Source of the DNA: Candidatus Poribacteria bacterium
Lineage (GTDB): Bacteria > Poribacteria > WGA-4E > WGA-3G
Assembly (NCBI GenBank): GCA_964291315.2
Contig: OZ219753.1
Span: 2,816,001-2,880,000 of the forward strand
Direction of reading: 5' to 3'
DNA: 64,000 nt
Shown here: piece after piece, positions 50,110-60,281 of the stretch
Position numbering within the stretch: position 1 is the first letter of the stretch
Layout of the letters: every line of letters starts with the position of its first letter
Position numbers and translations under genes: made by a program
The notes under the pieces: model-generated
Told to the model about the DNA's origin: nothing
Database searches by the model: none
Seen by the model: only the letters and a program-made list of their open reading frames with translations

Positions 50110-51492
50110 TTACGAGAAAATCTTACCCGGGTTCATTAAGTTCTGTGGGTCTAGAGCGTGTTTGATAGAGCGCATTAAGTCGACTGCCTCTCCGTGCTCT
50201 TTCTGTAATGCGTTCCGTTTCCCGATCCCGACTCCGTGTTCGCCGGTGCAGGTGCCCTCCATTTCTAGGGCGATGTCTACAATTTGTTGACTGAGGCGTT
50301 GGGCTTCTGCTAATTCGTCGGTATTATCGGGTTGGAGTGCAAAGATGACGTGAAAATTCCCGTCTCCGGCGTGTCCGAGCATCGTGGTTGGAAGGTCGGT
50401 GTGTACAAGTAGTGCCTTCGTTTTAGCGATACACTCAGCGAGTCGGGTGATTGGAACGCAGGCATCGGTGACGTAGCCGGCGGAGCCCGGGCGGCGATCG
50501 AGTGCTGCGTAGTAGCTATCGTATCGGGCTTGCCAGAGTCTTTTACGATCCTTTTCGCCGGTTGCCCATCGGAAGTCTCTGCTGCCATGTGTTGCTGCGA
50601 TTTTACCTGCAATCTCCGAACACTCCGCAACTGTGTTCTCGGATCCGTGAAATTCAAGAAACAGCGTCGGTGCGACTTCATAAGTTACCCCTGCGTATCT
50701 GTTGACGGCATCCATTTGAAGTTCATCTAACAGTTCTATTCGGGCAATACCGGTGCCGGTGTCCATCAAGTTGATAACGGTATTTACTGCGGCTGCTACG
50801 TTTGGAAAAGCACAGACGGCTGCAGCAACTGCTTCCGGCAGCCGTGTTAGCTTGAGCGTGATTTCGGTAATGATTCCCAATGTTCCTTCTGAACCGATAA
50901 AGAGTCGTGTGAGGTCGTAACCTGCAGCGGATTTTCGTGCTCGGCTTCCGGTATGGACGATAGTGCCTTCAGCCGTGGCGATCCTCAGGCCGAGAACGTT
51001 ATCGAGCATCGTGCCGTATCGAACAGCGCTTGTACCGGAGGCGCGTGTTGCGGCCATTCCCCCTAACGAGGCATCAGCACCGGGATCAACGGAGAAGTGG
51101 AGTTGTGTTCCTATTTCTGCAAGGTGCATGTTTAATTGCAGACGCGTCACACCGGACTGGACGGTCGCATCCTTGTCGTTCTGATTGACGCGGAGAATAC
51201 GGTTCATTTCGCTAAGAGCAATGCAAAGCGTGTCTTCAGTTGCAACAACGGCGCCTTCGACACCGGTTCCGGTGCCGTAAGGGACGATGGGCATTTTGTA
51301 TTTTGCGCAGATTTTGACAATTTCTGCGACTTCATCGTTGGTTTTCGGAAAAGCAACTGCGTTTGGCAGCGCGCCGCGATGGTATGAGGCATCACCTGCA
51401 TGTGCGTCTCGGATAGCACTGTCTGTGCTGAAACGGGCGCCGAGCAAGCCGCGGAATTCTTTATGTGCGTGTTTGAGGTTATGGTGGCTCAT
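50110..51492 (-). CDS. FAD-linked oxidase (D-lactate dehydrogenase / GlcD family)
   Basis: DPGADASLGG, GYDLTRLFIGSEGTLG, GHAGDGNFH, GEHGVG, NPGK. Confidence 0.9.
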   Translation of the reverse strand: MSHHNLKHAHKEFRGLLGARFSTDSAIRDAHAGDASYHRGALPNAVAFPKTNDEVAEIVKICAKYKMPIVPYGTGTGVEGAVVATEDTLCIALSEMNRILRVNQNDKDATVQSGVTRLQLNMHLAEIGTQLHFSVDPGADASLGGMAATRASGTSAVRYGTMLDNVLGLRIATAEGTIVHTGSRARKSAAGYDLTRLFIGSEGTLGIITEITLKLTRLPEAVAAAVCAFPNVAAAVNTVINLMDTGTGIARIELLDELQMDAVNRYAGVTYEVAPTLFLEFHGSENTVAECSEIAGKIAATHGSRDFRWATGEKDRKRLWQARYDSYYAALDRRPGSAGYVTDACVPITRLAECIAKTKALLVHTDLPTTMLGHAGDGNFHVIFALQPDNTDELAEAQRLSQQIVDIALEMEGTCTGEHGVGIGKRNALQKEHGEAVDLMRSIKHALDPQNLMNPGKIFS

Positions 51493-51597
51493 ATTATGGG
51501 TATTTTAGCACAATTTCTGGTTGATAACAAGATGAAAAAGAGGCGATGTTGGGGCGCGTGATTTATTGCAGGGTACAGCTCACACAAATAGAGGGAT

Positions 51598-54500
51598 TTA
51601 CACTGCGGCTGAATCTGAGTCTTGGAAGATCGGGGAAAGGTAGATGGGATCGGCGGGGTTACGGAAGAGAATGTGCCATTTTTCTGCGAATTCTTTTTTA
51701 TCTATGCCCTCTCTGCGGCGGAGAACCTGAAAGTCTGTTCTTGAGATGACAAAGGAATCCATTTGGACGTGTTCGCCGCGGAAACGTTCGTAAGAGAGGT
51801 TGCGCAGTCTTTTAAAAAGGGTAAGTTTTGAGTTATGTTGGTTGATGGCCTCATGCACCATGCCATGTGGTTCTATGAAGACGATGCGTTGTTTGACTCC
51901 TTGCAGGATCCAAAGAATAAAATCGGGATAGAATCCTTCGTTTTCATAAAAGCCGACTCCTTTGCCGCGGCTCTGGTTGCGTAACAAGTAAATTTCTTTC
52001 TGGGGAGTTTTTTGGTTGTATCGATAAAGGTATCTATTCAAATCTTCTATGAAATCTCTTTCGCTGTCTTCCAAAGCAGGTGGAGTAGTACGCCACAAGT
52101 TGTTTCCCATACCTGGGTTTAGAAGGGAACGGTAAAGATGCTCTTCGTTAGTTAAAAGTGGTTGATAGAGATGTTTTTCACTATAAACATTTGGGAGGTC
52201 GGTGAGTTCATCTCCATACATCCCTTCATTTTCCACAAGTCCTTTAATTTTGGAGTCAACTTCCTGTGCTTCGCTTCTCGGAACATGAACAATCCAATCA
52301 GGAAAATTGTTCTCATCCTCGGGGGTTTTACCTAAATGGTGTAATCGAATCCTCTCATCGTTCCAGCGTTTTTGAATGATGCTGTAGTATTTATCGATGT
52401 ATTTTCGGAGGAGCGTGAGGACTAATTCCTCTAAACGTCCAAGTTCTACTACTGATTTCGGTAAGACTTCGGATTCATCCGTGACAGTAAGTTGGTAGAC
52501 AGGGTCATTCGGATTGAGGATCTCTCGGAGGATAGTAATATCAAAAATGAGATTATGGTATCCTCTTTCGTGTTTGTAGGCAATAAGTTTCAGGTAAATT
52601 TTTTCCCAATCTACAAGTGCTAAGCTTGGTTCTGGAATGCAACGCGGGATTGATCCTTCAGCGCGTTCAGTGTGGATACCACGTTGTGAGCTGCTTCCCA
52701 CGATGTCAACCCTTTGAGTTGTGTGGGTGATAATTGTGTCTTTGAGAACTTTAAGGGGTTCGCATCGTCCTTTTGCCCCTTCGTGGTAAGGGAGAGCTTT
52801 CGGCAGAAAGAGTCCTTTATCAATGTAGTCGTCCTTTCGTCTGATTTGAATTGTCAGTTGGACAGGTTCTTCGTATGATACGCCCTCACGCAGGAGGTAA
52901 TCTCGGAATTGCGTCATGAAGTTGGCGCGGACGGCAAAGATGTTTAACGTTTCCAATAGCGATATGTGCGGTGGGTGTTTCCCGTCGAGAGCGGTGCTGC
53001 GTTTAAGACTCCTGTGTCTGCCACGGAGGCGGACCCCTCTTCCGAAGAGCTGGATAATTTGAGAACCTTCTTGTCTGCCGATATTGAGGAGTCCCATCGT
53101 AGTGACGCGCCAGCTGTCCCAGCCCTCAATAAACTTTTTTGCGCCGATCAGTATATTTATTGGGCTGTCGGGGGCGTTGATGTCAGCGAAAAGACTTTCG
53201 GTCAGCGCGTCTTCTGATTCGATGATGACTCCTGCGGCATCCGTATCAACGAGTTTTTTGAAGGCAGCGGTATCTCCGATGTAGATAAGCCCAAACTTGT
53301 GTGTGCCGTGTGTTGTTTTCAGAGCGATCTCGCCCCGTGCGTTTTGAACATCTTGCAAGTGCAAGGTCCCGCTGTGGTTGGTATGGAAGACCTCTTTGAG
53401 GATGCCGCGATAGATGTGTTCAGCGGTTTCGCTGAACGTTTTGAGGTAATTGAGCCGGGCGTGGAAGATATCCGTTCCCGTCTCGTCGGATAACCCGGAA
53501 TTGCCGTTGAGAATTCTCTCAATGTTGCGGATTGTCCAGTTTTCGTGATTCTTTAGGAAACGGTGCAGAAAACGGATGACGTTCAGAACGTCTGAGCGAC
53601 TGCGCCCGCCCTCTGTGTAGACGACATTGCCTGAGACTCTGCTGCCCACGAACGCCCATAAGGGTGCGTCTAATTCATAAGTGCGGACAGCTTCAGTGTT
53701 CTCTTTGAAATATCGGCGTTGTTCGTAGAAGGTGAGGAGGTTGGCTAAAAGGAGCAGCTCGGTTTGTGTGCCTTCGTCGTGTTTAACGTTGAGGATACGG
53801 AAGTTTTTGCCGTATCCGTCTTCATAAAAATACCTGTAGGAGTAGTCAAAGGCGATGGCTTTTCCGTATTCGTCGACGAGGGCGGGGTTTTTGGCTGCTG
53901 CGAGTGCTTGGCCGAAGGTCGCGCTATATTCGAAGGTAAAGCCTGTTTTCCCCAGTTTATCGCGGATGTCGCGCCAGACTTCGCCGCCGCTGCCTTTATG
54001 TCCTTCATCTACGAAGATGAGGTTGTTGCCTTCAAACGCCTCAACTTCGACGCTTTCGCCTTCGCCTGTTTTCTCTTCTACTAATTTTGTGATTTCGATG
54101 ACCTGCAAGGTATCCCGGTTATTTGAGAACCGTCCGCCTTCAGCTTTAAAGCGTTCGCCTCGGATGTCGGAGTTGGCAAGTTCGCGGAGGTGCTGTTCGC
54201 TCAATCCTTCGTTGGGTGTGATAAGGACGACGTGGTCTAACTTTTCTCGGCAATAGTGAAGGAACTGATGGTAGTTGATGTGCATGATGAGGGTTTTGCC
54301 GGCACCAGTCGCCATCCAGAAGGCGAGTTTCTCGAGATCAACGGCTGCGAATTCTGTATCGGTTGGGTCGCCGGGGGCCCTCGCCTCGTTGCGCTGTTGG
54401 ACAAAAACGTTGAGTTGGTGCAAGAGTTGTTCGGGTCTATTGAACTTCCAATCTAAGAAAATTTCTGTGTAGAGCAGTGCGAGGTATTGAAAATAGCGGA

Positions 54501-54780
54501 GGACAATCGGCTCTGAACGTGTGTCGTTTATAGCGGAGAGGTGTCGTTTGATGTTGGCATCGTAAGTGGGGAGGGCTTGTTCAACAATTGAATCTGGTAC
54601 AGCACACGTCATAAGCAGCTCGCAGACGGCGGAACGTCCATTTGCGTTGAAACCCTCGTCGATGTCTTTCACGGCGTTGAGGAGGTGCCGCGTGCTCTTA
54701 TATTGGAAGTGGCTGTTGAGCCATGCGTGTAGGGTAAGATGGGCGCTAAGTGCGCGGTGTGGTGTGTTTCTTCTGGGCAT
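51598..54780 (-). CDS. res: Type III restriction enzyme Res subunit (SF2 helicase plus PD-(D/E)xK nuclease)
   Basis: MATGAGKT, DEGH, YSATF, EGWD, QLFGRGVR, FYPDFILW...IEPHG; downstream of mod. Confidence 0.88.
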   Translation of the reverse strand: MPRRNTPHRALSAHLTLHAWLNSHFQYKSTRHLLNAVKDIDEGFNANGRSAVCELLMTCAVPDSIVEQALPTYDANIKRHLSAINDTRSEPIVLRYFQYLALLYTEIFLDWKFNRPEQLLHQLNVFVQQRNEARAPGDPTDTEFAAVDLEKLAFWMATGAGKTLIMHINYHQFLHYCREKLDHVVLITPNEGLSEQHLRELANSDIRGERFKAEGGRFSNNRDTLQVIEITKLVEEKTGEGESVEVEAFEGNNLIFVDEGHKGSGGEVWRDIRDKLGKTGFTFEYSATFGQALAAAKNPALVDEYGKAIAFDYSYRYFYEDGYGKNFRILNVKHDEGTQTELLLLANLLTFYEQRRYFKENTEAVRTYELDAPLWAFVGSRVSGNVVYTEGGRSRSDVLNVIRFLHRFLKNHENWTIRNIERILNGNSGLSDETGTDIFHARLNYLKTFSETAEHIYRGILKEVFHTNHSGTLHLQDVQNARGEIALKTTHGTHKFGLIYIGDTAAFKKLVDTDAAGVIIESEDALTESLFADINAPDSPINILIGAKKFIEGWDSWRVTTMGLLNIGRQEGSQIIQLFGRGVRLRGRHRSLKRSTALDGKHPPHISLLETLNIFAVRANFMTQFRDYLLREGVSYEEPVQLTIQIRRKDDYIDKGLFLPKALPYHEGAKGRCEPLKVLKDTIITHTTQRVDIVGSSSQRGIHTERAEGSIPRCIPEPSLALVDWEKIYLKLIAYKHERGYHNLIFDITILREILNPNDPVYQLTVTDESEVLPKSVVELGRLEELVLTLLRKYIDKYYSIIQKRWNDERIRLHHLGKTPEDENNFPDWIVHVPRSEAQEVDSKIKGLVENEGMYGDELTDLPNVYSEKHLYQPLLTNEEHLYRSLLNPGMGNNLWRTTPPALEDSERDFIEDLNRYLYRYNQKTPQKEIYLLRNQSRGKGVGFYENEGFYPDFILWILQGVKQRIVFIEPHGMVHEAINQHNSKLTLFKRLRNLSYERFRGEHVQMDSFVISRTDFQVLRRREGIDKKEFAEKWHILFRNPADPIYLSPIFQDSDSAAV

Positions 54781-54797
54781 AGCAGCTCGTTTCGGAT

Positions 54798-57700
54798 TTA
54801 GTGTGAAAACATCAACTGTTTAAAGAGCGGGTCCAAGGGTTCAGCGCCGCGAACTATACTGTCGGTGTTGACGTAGACCTTGTCTGCCCCGTCGGTGAAT
54901 TTCTGCTGCGTAATGAAGCGGCAGTCTTGCTCCCAATCGTGTTCACGCCAGTCTTTGGTGGCACGCCAGATAACGGTTACGTTTTTCTGTTTGAGGGTGC
55001 CGCGGTAGATGAGGTAACGTCTATTGTTTTGGTCGTAAACGCATTGACGTGTTTGCACCGAGAGCCCCAGCAGATAGTTAAAGGTTTCAGGCAGGTCTAC
55101 CAGCTCGGTTGACAACTGCAGACCGTTGGCGATGTTGAGCTGATACTCGAATGGGTTTTGGAGCTGATCGATGTTCAAGAGCGTAGGACTTTCACGGGTT
55201 TCGTTGCCCAACAGGTAGCCAAGCAGCGGCTCCTTGAAAAGCGGATTATTGTGTGCTGTGAATTGGATGTTATTGAGGGCATCCTCATAAGATTCGATGC
55301 GTTGATATTTTATGATCTGGGAGAGGTGAGTTTCACGAGTGACAGGTTTGGCGTTCTTCCACTTTTCGGCATAGATGGCTTTTTTGAGGCGCGGTTTGAG
55401 GACTGTGTGAAAATGATGCCCCATTTCAATGAGGATGTATTTGCGTCTGCCGCCGTCTTGACGGTTGAGGTTGATGGTGGCGTGGGCAGTAGTGCCGCTG
55501 CCTGCGAAGTAGTCTAATACGGTATCCTTTTTGCCAAGAGAAGAGACGCGAAGGCAATCCTCAATGAGATAAATTGACTTAGGAAACAGAAAGGCAAGAG
55601 CATCACCCAGCATGTTTGTTAGAAAACGGGTTCCATGTGCCGTTGCTGAATATTCTTTATTGTTCCACCATGTTGTTGGTAAGGTGCCTTCTTCGTTTAA
55701 ATATCTTTTAAAACGAATCCTGATATTACCATACACATCCGCTGTAGCCGACAATTCAGATAAGGAGAGTTTTTCTTGCAAAGTTTCGACACCATATCCC
55801 CATGTCATCTCTTCTCCACTTGAATTTATTGGCCAAATATCTTGTTCACCAAATTGAGTCGATTCTAATAATTCCCATCGCCGGGAAACCTCATTCCACC
55901 TCATCTGCGGTATTCTAATCTGGTCGTCTTCGACAAAAAGTGGATAGAATAAACGTGGACTTGCTTCTCTATGTGTATTAGGGCCCCCAGATTTCCTGAG
56001 AGGTCTCCATTCAAATTTGCCTTGCTTATCGACCTCAGAATACTTCTCAAGTTGTTTTTCTGTCCATTCAACGCGGCCGACTTGTGAGGCGTCAGATATA
56101 CCGAAAAACATAGCGTATTCATGGGCAGGGGCAAAGCCCGTGGGTCTTTTGCGACCTCCGGGGTTAGAGCAGACTGCTACAATCGCTAATTCATTTTCTT
56201 TGTTAAGAAAGTTCTGGAGCAGATACCGTAGATGGGTGGATTCTACATCATCAATAGAGGCACAGAGGATGCCGTCGGCTGCTAACAATTCGCGTGAAAC
56301 TGAAATCCGATCTGCCATTAGCGAGATCCATGATGAATCTTTATAATTGTTTTTATACAGAATTGCAGAAGCAGCAGTATTATAGGGTGGGTCAATGTAG
56401 ATAGTTTTTAGAGATTCGCGATATTTCTCGGTCAGAAGGTTTAACCCTTGGAAGTTCTCACCGTGAATGAGTATGCCATCGGTTTGGGTGTCCAAATTGT
56501 CAAAATGTGCCAAGAGACGATCCGTGAAGTCAGGATCGAAGTGACAGGTATCTATGACGAGATTCGGATTTTCTTTGAGGAAGTTAACAGAGAGCGGCTC
56601 TGTGTAATCTGTATCAATACAGCTGTTGTCTATTTCGTGAATAGAAAACAGCGCTTTCCACTCCTTAAGTTGGGCGAGGTTTTGTGCAATTTCGGGGTAG
56701 AATTCTTCCGGCACCCGGTCGAGGGTGAGACAGTAGTCGGTGGAGAGGACAAATTTCTTTTTCAGCCAGAGTGTTTTTTGGAATTCTTCAATGTGGGAGA
56801 GAAAATCGATAATTTGAAGGGCGATGTCGTGAACGAGTTTTGCGGTTTCAAAGTAATTATTACTATAAGTTAATTTACCCCCCCCTTCAATCTTAACGTC
56901 CGTTAACATTAGGTTGGCCAACGGAAGCACTTCGTTTTTGATATAGACATCGAGTTCGCGGTTGAGGAACTGCTTGAGGTCTTTATGGATGAAGAAATCG
57001 GCTGTATTTCGGCGGGTATAGGCGCGAAGGTGTTTTTTGAGGGTGGTCTCGCCGCCTGTTTGACGCTCAAGTGCAGATAGGGCCTTATAGTGCTTCGTCA
57101 GTTTTTCAATGATTTTGAATTCAGCGGTGTCAATAATCTTGTCCTGTTGCTTCTGACCGCCATGGTGTTTCTTTTCTGCATCGGTGAGAGGCCGGTATTC
57201 AATGGGGATGCAGATGTGATCGGTTTCTGACGAGTAGGTTGTTTCGGCAGGCAGCGGAACGAAAAATCGTTTTGTTCCTTGGACGTTATCCTTTTCAATA
57301 TTTGCCTCGCGGAGGTCGAAGGTAACCGTGATTCCTTGTGATTTAAAGCTATAAGCGGCGAAGTACTCGCCACTTTTGACGTAGTACTGGTCTCGGTTTG
57401 CCCAGTGGAGATATACCTCTTCTCCGTTGTAGGGAACGGCGTAACGTTGGGTTTGGGAATAGCGTCTACGCGGAATGAAGTCGCCATTTTCGTAGTAACG
57501 AGAGAAAAAGGTATAGAGGTGGTTGGACACTGCGGCTTCGCGTTGTTCTCGGTTTTGCGGGGAACCGTGCTGTTTTTTTGCCGCGAGGTAGTCTTGGATG
57601 AGCGGGCGTTCTGTGTAGGCTTCATTGATGAGGTTACCGTCAGCATCTAGTATTTCTTCTCCGAGGTTATTGCCGAGTTCTCGGACTCGGTTTTCAAGTT

Positions 57701-57905
57701 GACGGATGTGTTCATGTGCGGAGTCTGCTTCGGTGTTGGCATCAAGTTCATCGTTGATAATGCGCGGCAATTCCTCGTTGATGAAGGCTTGGATCTGGTT
57801 GCGCCGGTAGTTGATGATGCGGTAGATGCCGAAGTCCAGATCTGCGGTGTCTGCGCGAAACAGCTTCTGAAGTAGGGTTTGCAGTTTTTGTAAGGATGCT
57901 GACAT
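54798..57905 (-). CDS. mod: Type III R-M Mod subunit (N6-adenine DNA methyltransferase)
   Basis: DLDFGIYRI, DFFIHKDL, IHGEN, YIDPPYNT, FPKS, DYFAGSGTT, VDLPETFNYLLG. Confidence 0.9.
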   Translation of the reverse strand: MSASLQKLQTLLQKLFRADTADLDFGIYRIINYRRNQIQAFINEELPRIINDELDANTEADSAHEHIRQLENRVRELGNNLGEEILDADGNLINEAYTERPLIQDYLAAKKQHGSPQNREQREAAVSNHLYTFFSRYYENGDFIPRRRYSQTQRYAVPYNGEEVYLHWANRDQYYVKSGEYFAAYSFKSQGITVTFDLREANIEKDNVQGTKRFFVPLPAETTYSSETDHICIPIEYRPLTDAEKKHHGGQKQQDKIIDTAEFKIIEKLTKHYKALSALERQTGGETTLKKHLRAYTRRNTADFFIHKDLKQFLNRELDVYIKNEVLPLANLMLTDVKIEGGGKLTYSNNYFETAKLVHDIALQIIDFLSHIEEFQKTLWLKKKFVLSTDYCLTLDRVPEEFYPEIAQNLAQLKEWKALFSIHEIDNSCIDTDYTEPLSVNFLKENPNLVIDTCHFDPDFTDRLLAHFDNLDTQTDGILIHGENFQGLNLLTEKYRESLKTIYIDPPYNTAASAILYKNNYKDSSWISLMADRISVSRELLAADGILCASIDDVESTHLRYLLQNFLNKENELAIVAVCSNPGGRKRPTGFAPAHEYAMFFGISDASQVGRVEWTEKQLEKYSEVDKQGKFEWRPLRKSGGPNTHREASPRLFYPLFVEDDQIRIPQMRWNEVSRRWELLESTQFGEQDIWPINSSGEEMTWGYGVETLQEKLSLSELSATADVYGNIRIRFKRYLNEEGTLPTTWWNNKEYSATAHGTRFLTNMLGDALAFLFPKSIYLIEDCLRVSSLGKKDTVLDYFAGSGTTAHATINLNRQDGGRRKYILIEMGHHFHTVLKPRLKKAIYAEKWKNAKPVTRETHLSQIIKYQRIESYEDALNNIQFTAHNNPLFKEPLLGYLLGNETRESPTLLNIDQLQNPFEYQLNIANGLQLSTELVDLPETFNYLLGLSVQTRQCVYDQNNRRYLIYRGTLKQKNVTVIWRATKDWREHDWEQDCRFITQQKFTDGADKVYVNTDSIVRGAEPLDPLFKQLMFSH

Positions 57906-57942
57906 ATTTAACCTGATTATAGCGGATTTTGATTTCTTTATA

Positions 57943-57971
57943 ATTATAGCAAATTTTAATAGCTATATCAA
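57943..57971 (-). promoter_or_regulatory. Promoter of mod-res
   Basis: TTGATA-N17-TATAAT with an extended -10 TG. Confidence 0.65.
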
Positions 57972-57997
57972 GAAAATCACACTTTTATTTCGGGCAT

Positions 57998-59125
57998 CTA
58001 ATTTCTAAAGAGGTTCAGGTATTTTTCTAAGACAAAGAGGCGGTTGCGTGAGTATCCTGTAATTTCCTTTAGTATGCCGAGTTCTGTTAAAGACTTTAGG
58101 AGCCGGTTTGCGGTTGGATAGTTTATGTTTAATTCGTCCACAACCCAATTTACCTTAACAATCGGTTGGGAGTACATAAAACGCAACAATTTTTGAGCGT
58201 TTTCCGCCCGAGCGCCTAGGGTGAAAATTTCTGTATCATATTCTTGGCGAAGTGCAGTAATAGATTTGAAAGTCTCTCGTGTGCGTTTTGCAGCATCAGC
58301 GATTCCATTTAAGAAAAATACGATCCACTGTTCTATATTATTCAATTTACGAACTCTAGTAAGTGAATCGTAGTATGCATCTTTATGTCTCTGAAAAAAG
58401 GTAGATATATAAAGCCCTGGCCTTTCAAGTATCTTTGCGCCAATGAGTTGTAAGACAATTAGCAACCTGCCGGCCCTGCCGTTTCCATCCAAAAAAGGGT
58501 GGATGGTTTCAAACTGGTAATGCGTAATAGCGATTTTGATAAGAGGCGGCAGTTGTAGCGACGGATTGTGCCAAAATTTTTCCAAATCGCTTAAAAGATC
58601 AGGAACCTCTTCTGGAGATGCGGGGACAAAGAAGGCATCAGAAAGCGTTGAACCGCCAATCCAATTTTGGCTTCTGCGAATTTCGCCAGGGGCTTTGTGT
58701 TTGCCGCGAACGCCCGAGAGTAATATCTTGTGTGCCTCCTTTACAAGTCGCATGCACAGTGGAAGTTCAGACAATTTAGCTATCGCGAAGTGCATCGCTT
58801 CAATATAGTTTCGAACCTCCCGCCTATCCTCTCGTCTGATTGGGGGAACGTCGGCTTGTGGTAGGACAACTTCATCAAGTTCAGTTCTTGTACCTTCGAG
58901 CAAGTTTGAATCTCGAGCTTCTTTTTTGATAGTCATTTGAATGAAGAAATCAACATCCGGTATAAGTTCTGCGTAAGCGTTTAATTCTCCTAAGAGGTGC
59001 ATTGCCTCTGCCATCAAAACGTTTATCTGTGGATTTTTCCAAGCAAAATGACGATTCACGAAGAAGGGTGTAAAGCTCTTGTATTTTTGTTGCTGCTTGT
59101 ATTCACCCGCTACGAATTTTGTCAT
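57998..59125 (-). CDS. Fic family protein (class II, SoFic-like, C-terminal wHTH)
   Basis: HPFLDGNGRAGR catalytic motif; N-terminal inhibitory SNLLEG; C-terminal TANRLLKSL...GILKEITG. Confidence 0.93.
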   Translation of the reverse strand: MTKFVAGEYKQQQKYKSFTPFFVNRHFAWKNPQINVLMAEAMHLLGELNAYAELIPDVDFFIQMTIKKEARDSNLLEGTRTELDEVVLPQADVPPIRREDRREVRNYIEAMHFAIAKLSELPLCMRLVKEAHKILLSGVRGKHKAPGEIRRSQNWIGGSTLSDAFFVPASPEEVPDLLSDLEKFWHNPSLQLPPLIKIAITHYQFETIHPFLDGNGRAGRLLIVLQLIGAKILERPGLYISTFFQRHKDAYYDSLTRVRKLNNIEQWIVFFLNGIADAAKRTRETFKSITALRQEYDTEIFTLGARAENAQKLLRFMYSQPIVKVNWVVDELNINYPTANRLLKSLTELGILKEITGYSRNRLFVLEKYLNLFRN

Positions 59126-59233
59126 ATTATCGTTTTCCCCTATTTTTGACAATATAGAATTCCATATTATCATTTTTGGGCGTTTTTGACAATATAGAAT
59201 TCCATATTATCATTTTTGGGTGTTTTTGATAAT
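59123..59233. repeat. ~2.8 copies of a 40-bp tandem repeat over the fic start and promoter
   Basis: CATATTATC(A/G)TTTT......TTTTTGA(C/T)AATATAGAATTC with a period of 40 (units start at 59123, 59163, 59203). Confidence 0.9.
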
Positions 59234-59248
59234 GGCAAGTGCCGGAAA

Positions 59249-60235
59249 TTATGATGTTGGTGCTACTGTATTTCGAACTTCGTTAACAACGGTGTCCGGT
59301 TCAATGCTTTCGCCTTGTCCCTCGAAGTTAAGCAGAATGCGGTGCCGGAGCGCCGGGAGCAGCACGGTATCAATATCGGTGAAAGCGACGTTGTAGCGTT
59401 CATCGAGGAGGGCATTAATTTTAGCGGTGAGGACTATGGCTTGCACGCTCCGAATACCGGCACCGAGGTGGACGTAGCGTTTCACGATCTCGGGTGCGGT
59501 CTCAGAATCGGGATGTGTGGCGCGGACGAGCCGGACGATGTGGCGTTCTACATGCTCGGCGATGATGACCTGTGGGACAAGTCGGCGCATCTCGTTTAGT
59601 GTTTCTGCATCCGTCACCTTATCTATTGTGATATGAGCGCCGGAGGTGGTCCGGCGTAGGATTTCCACAATTTCATCTTCATTTGGGAAGTCGATGAGGA
59701 GTTTAAACAGAAACCGATCGAGTTGCGCCTCTGGCAGCGGGTAGGTGCCCTCCATCTCCAACGGATTTTGTGTGGCTAAAACGCAGAAGGGTTCTTCTAG
59801 CCCGTGGCTGGTTCGTCCGACAGTGACTGTATGTTCTTGCATGGCTTCCAAGAGTGCGGATTGTGTGCGCGGTGTTGCGCGGTTGATCTCGTCAGCTAGG
59901 ATGAGTTGGGAGAAAATGGGACCTTCTTGAAATTCAAACTGTCTTCTGCCGTGTTCATCTTCGACGAGGAGTGTTGTGCCGGTAATGTCGGATGGCATCA
60001 TATCCGGGGTGAATTGGATCCGCTTGAAGGAGAGGTCAAGTGCTTCACTGAGCGTGTAGATAAGCTGCGTTTTGCCCAAGCCGGGGATACCTTCAAGGAG
60101 CGCATGCCCCTTCGCAAGTAGGCAGAAGAGTACCCCCTCAATAATTGCGTCTTGACCGACTATACGTTTTTGGACTTCGGCTTTGACGCTGTAAAAAGTT
60201 TCTCGGAACTGCTGGGTCTGGGTCTCTACGTTCAT
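59249..60235 (-). CDS. MoxR family AAA+ ATPase
   Basis: GIPGLGKT, RIQFTPD, DEINRATP, ATQNP, YPLPEAQLDRF. Confidence 0.94.
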   Translation of the reverse strand: MNVETQTQQFRETFYSVKAEVQKRIVGQDAIIEGVLFCLLAKGHALLEGIPGLGKTQLIYTLSEALDLSFKRIQFTPDMMPSDITGTTLLVEDEHGRRQFEFQEGPIFSQLILADEINRATPRTQSALLEAMQEHTVTVGRTSHGLEEPFCVLATQNPLEMEGTYPLPEAQLDRFLFKLLIDFPNEDEIVEILRRTTSGAHITIDKVTDAETLNEMRRLVPQVIIAEHVERHIVRLVRATHPDSETAPEIVKRYVHLGAGIRSVQAIVLTAKINALLDERYNVAFTDIDTVLLPALRHRILLNFEGQGESIEPDTVVNEVRNTVAPTS

Positions 60236-60281
60236 AGTGTTTCAAGGCACTTGGAGCCTGCCTATTGAAGATCGAGAAATC

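Noticed and set aside
59123-59233. 40-bp repeat as a CRISPR array
   Set aside because: The units are contiguous with no unique spacers and overlap a start codon.
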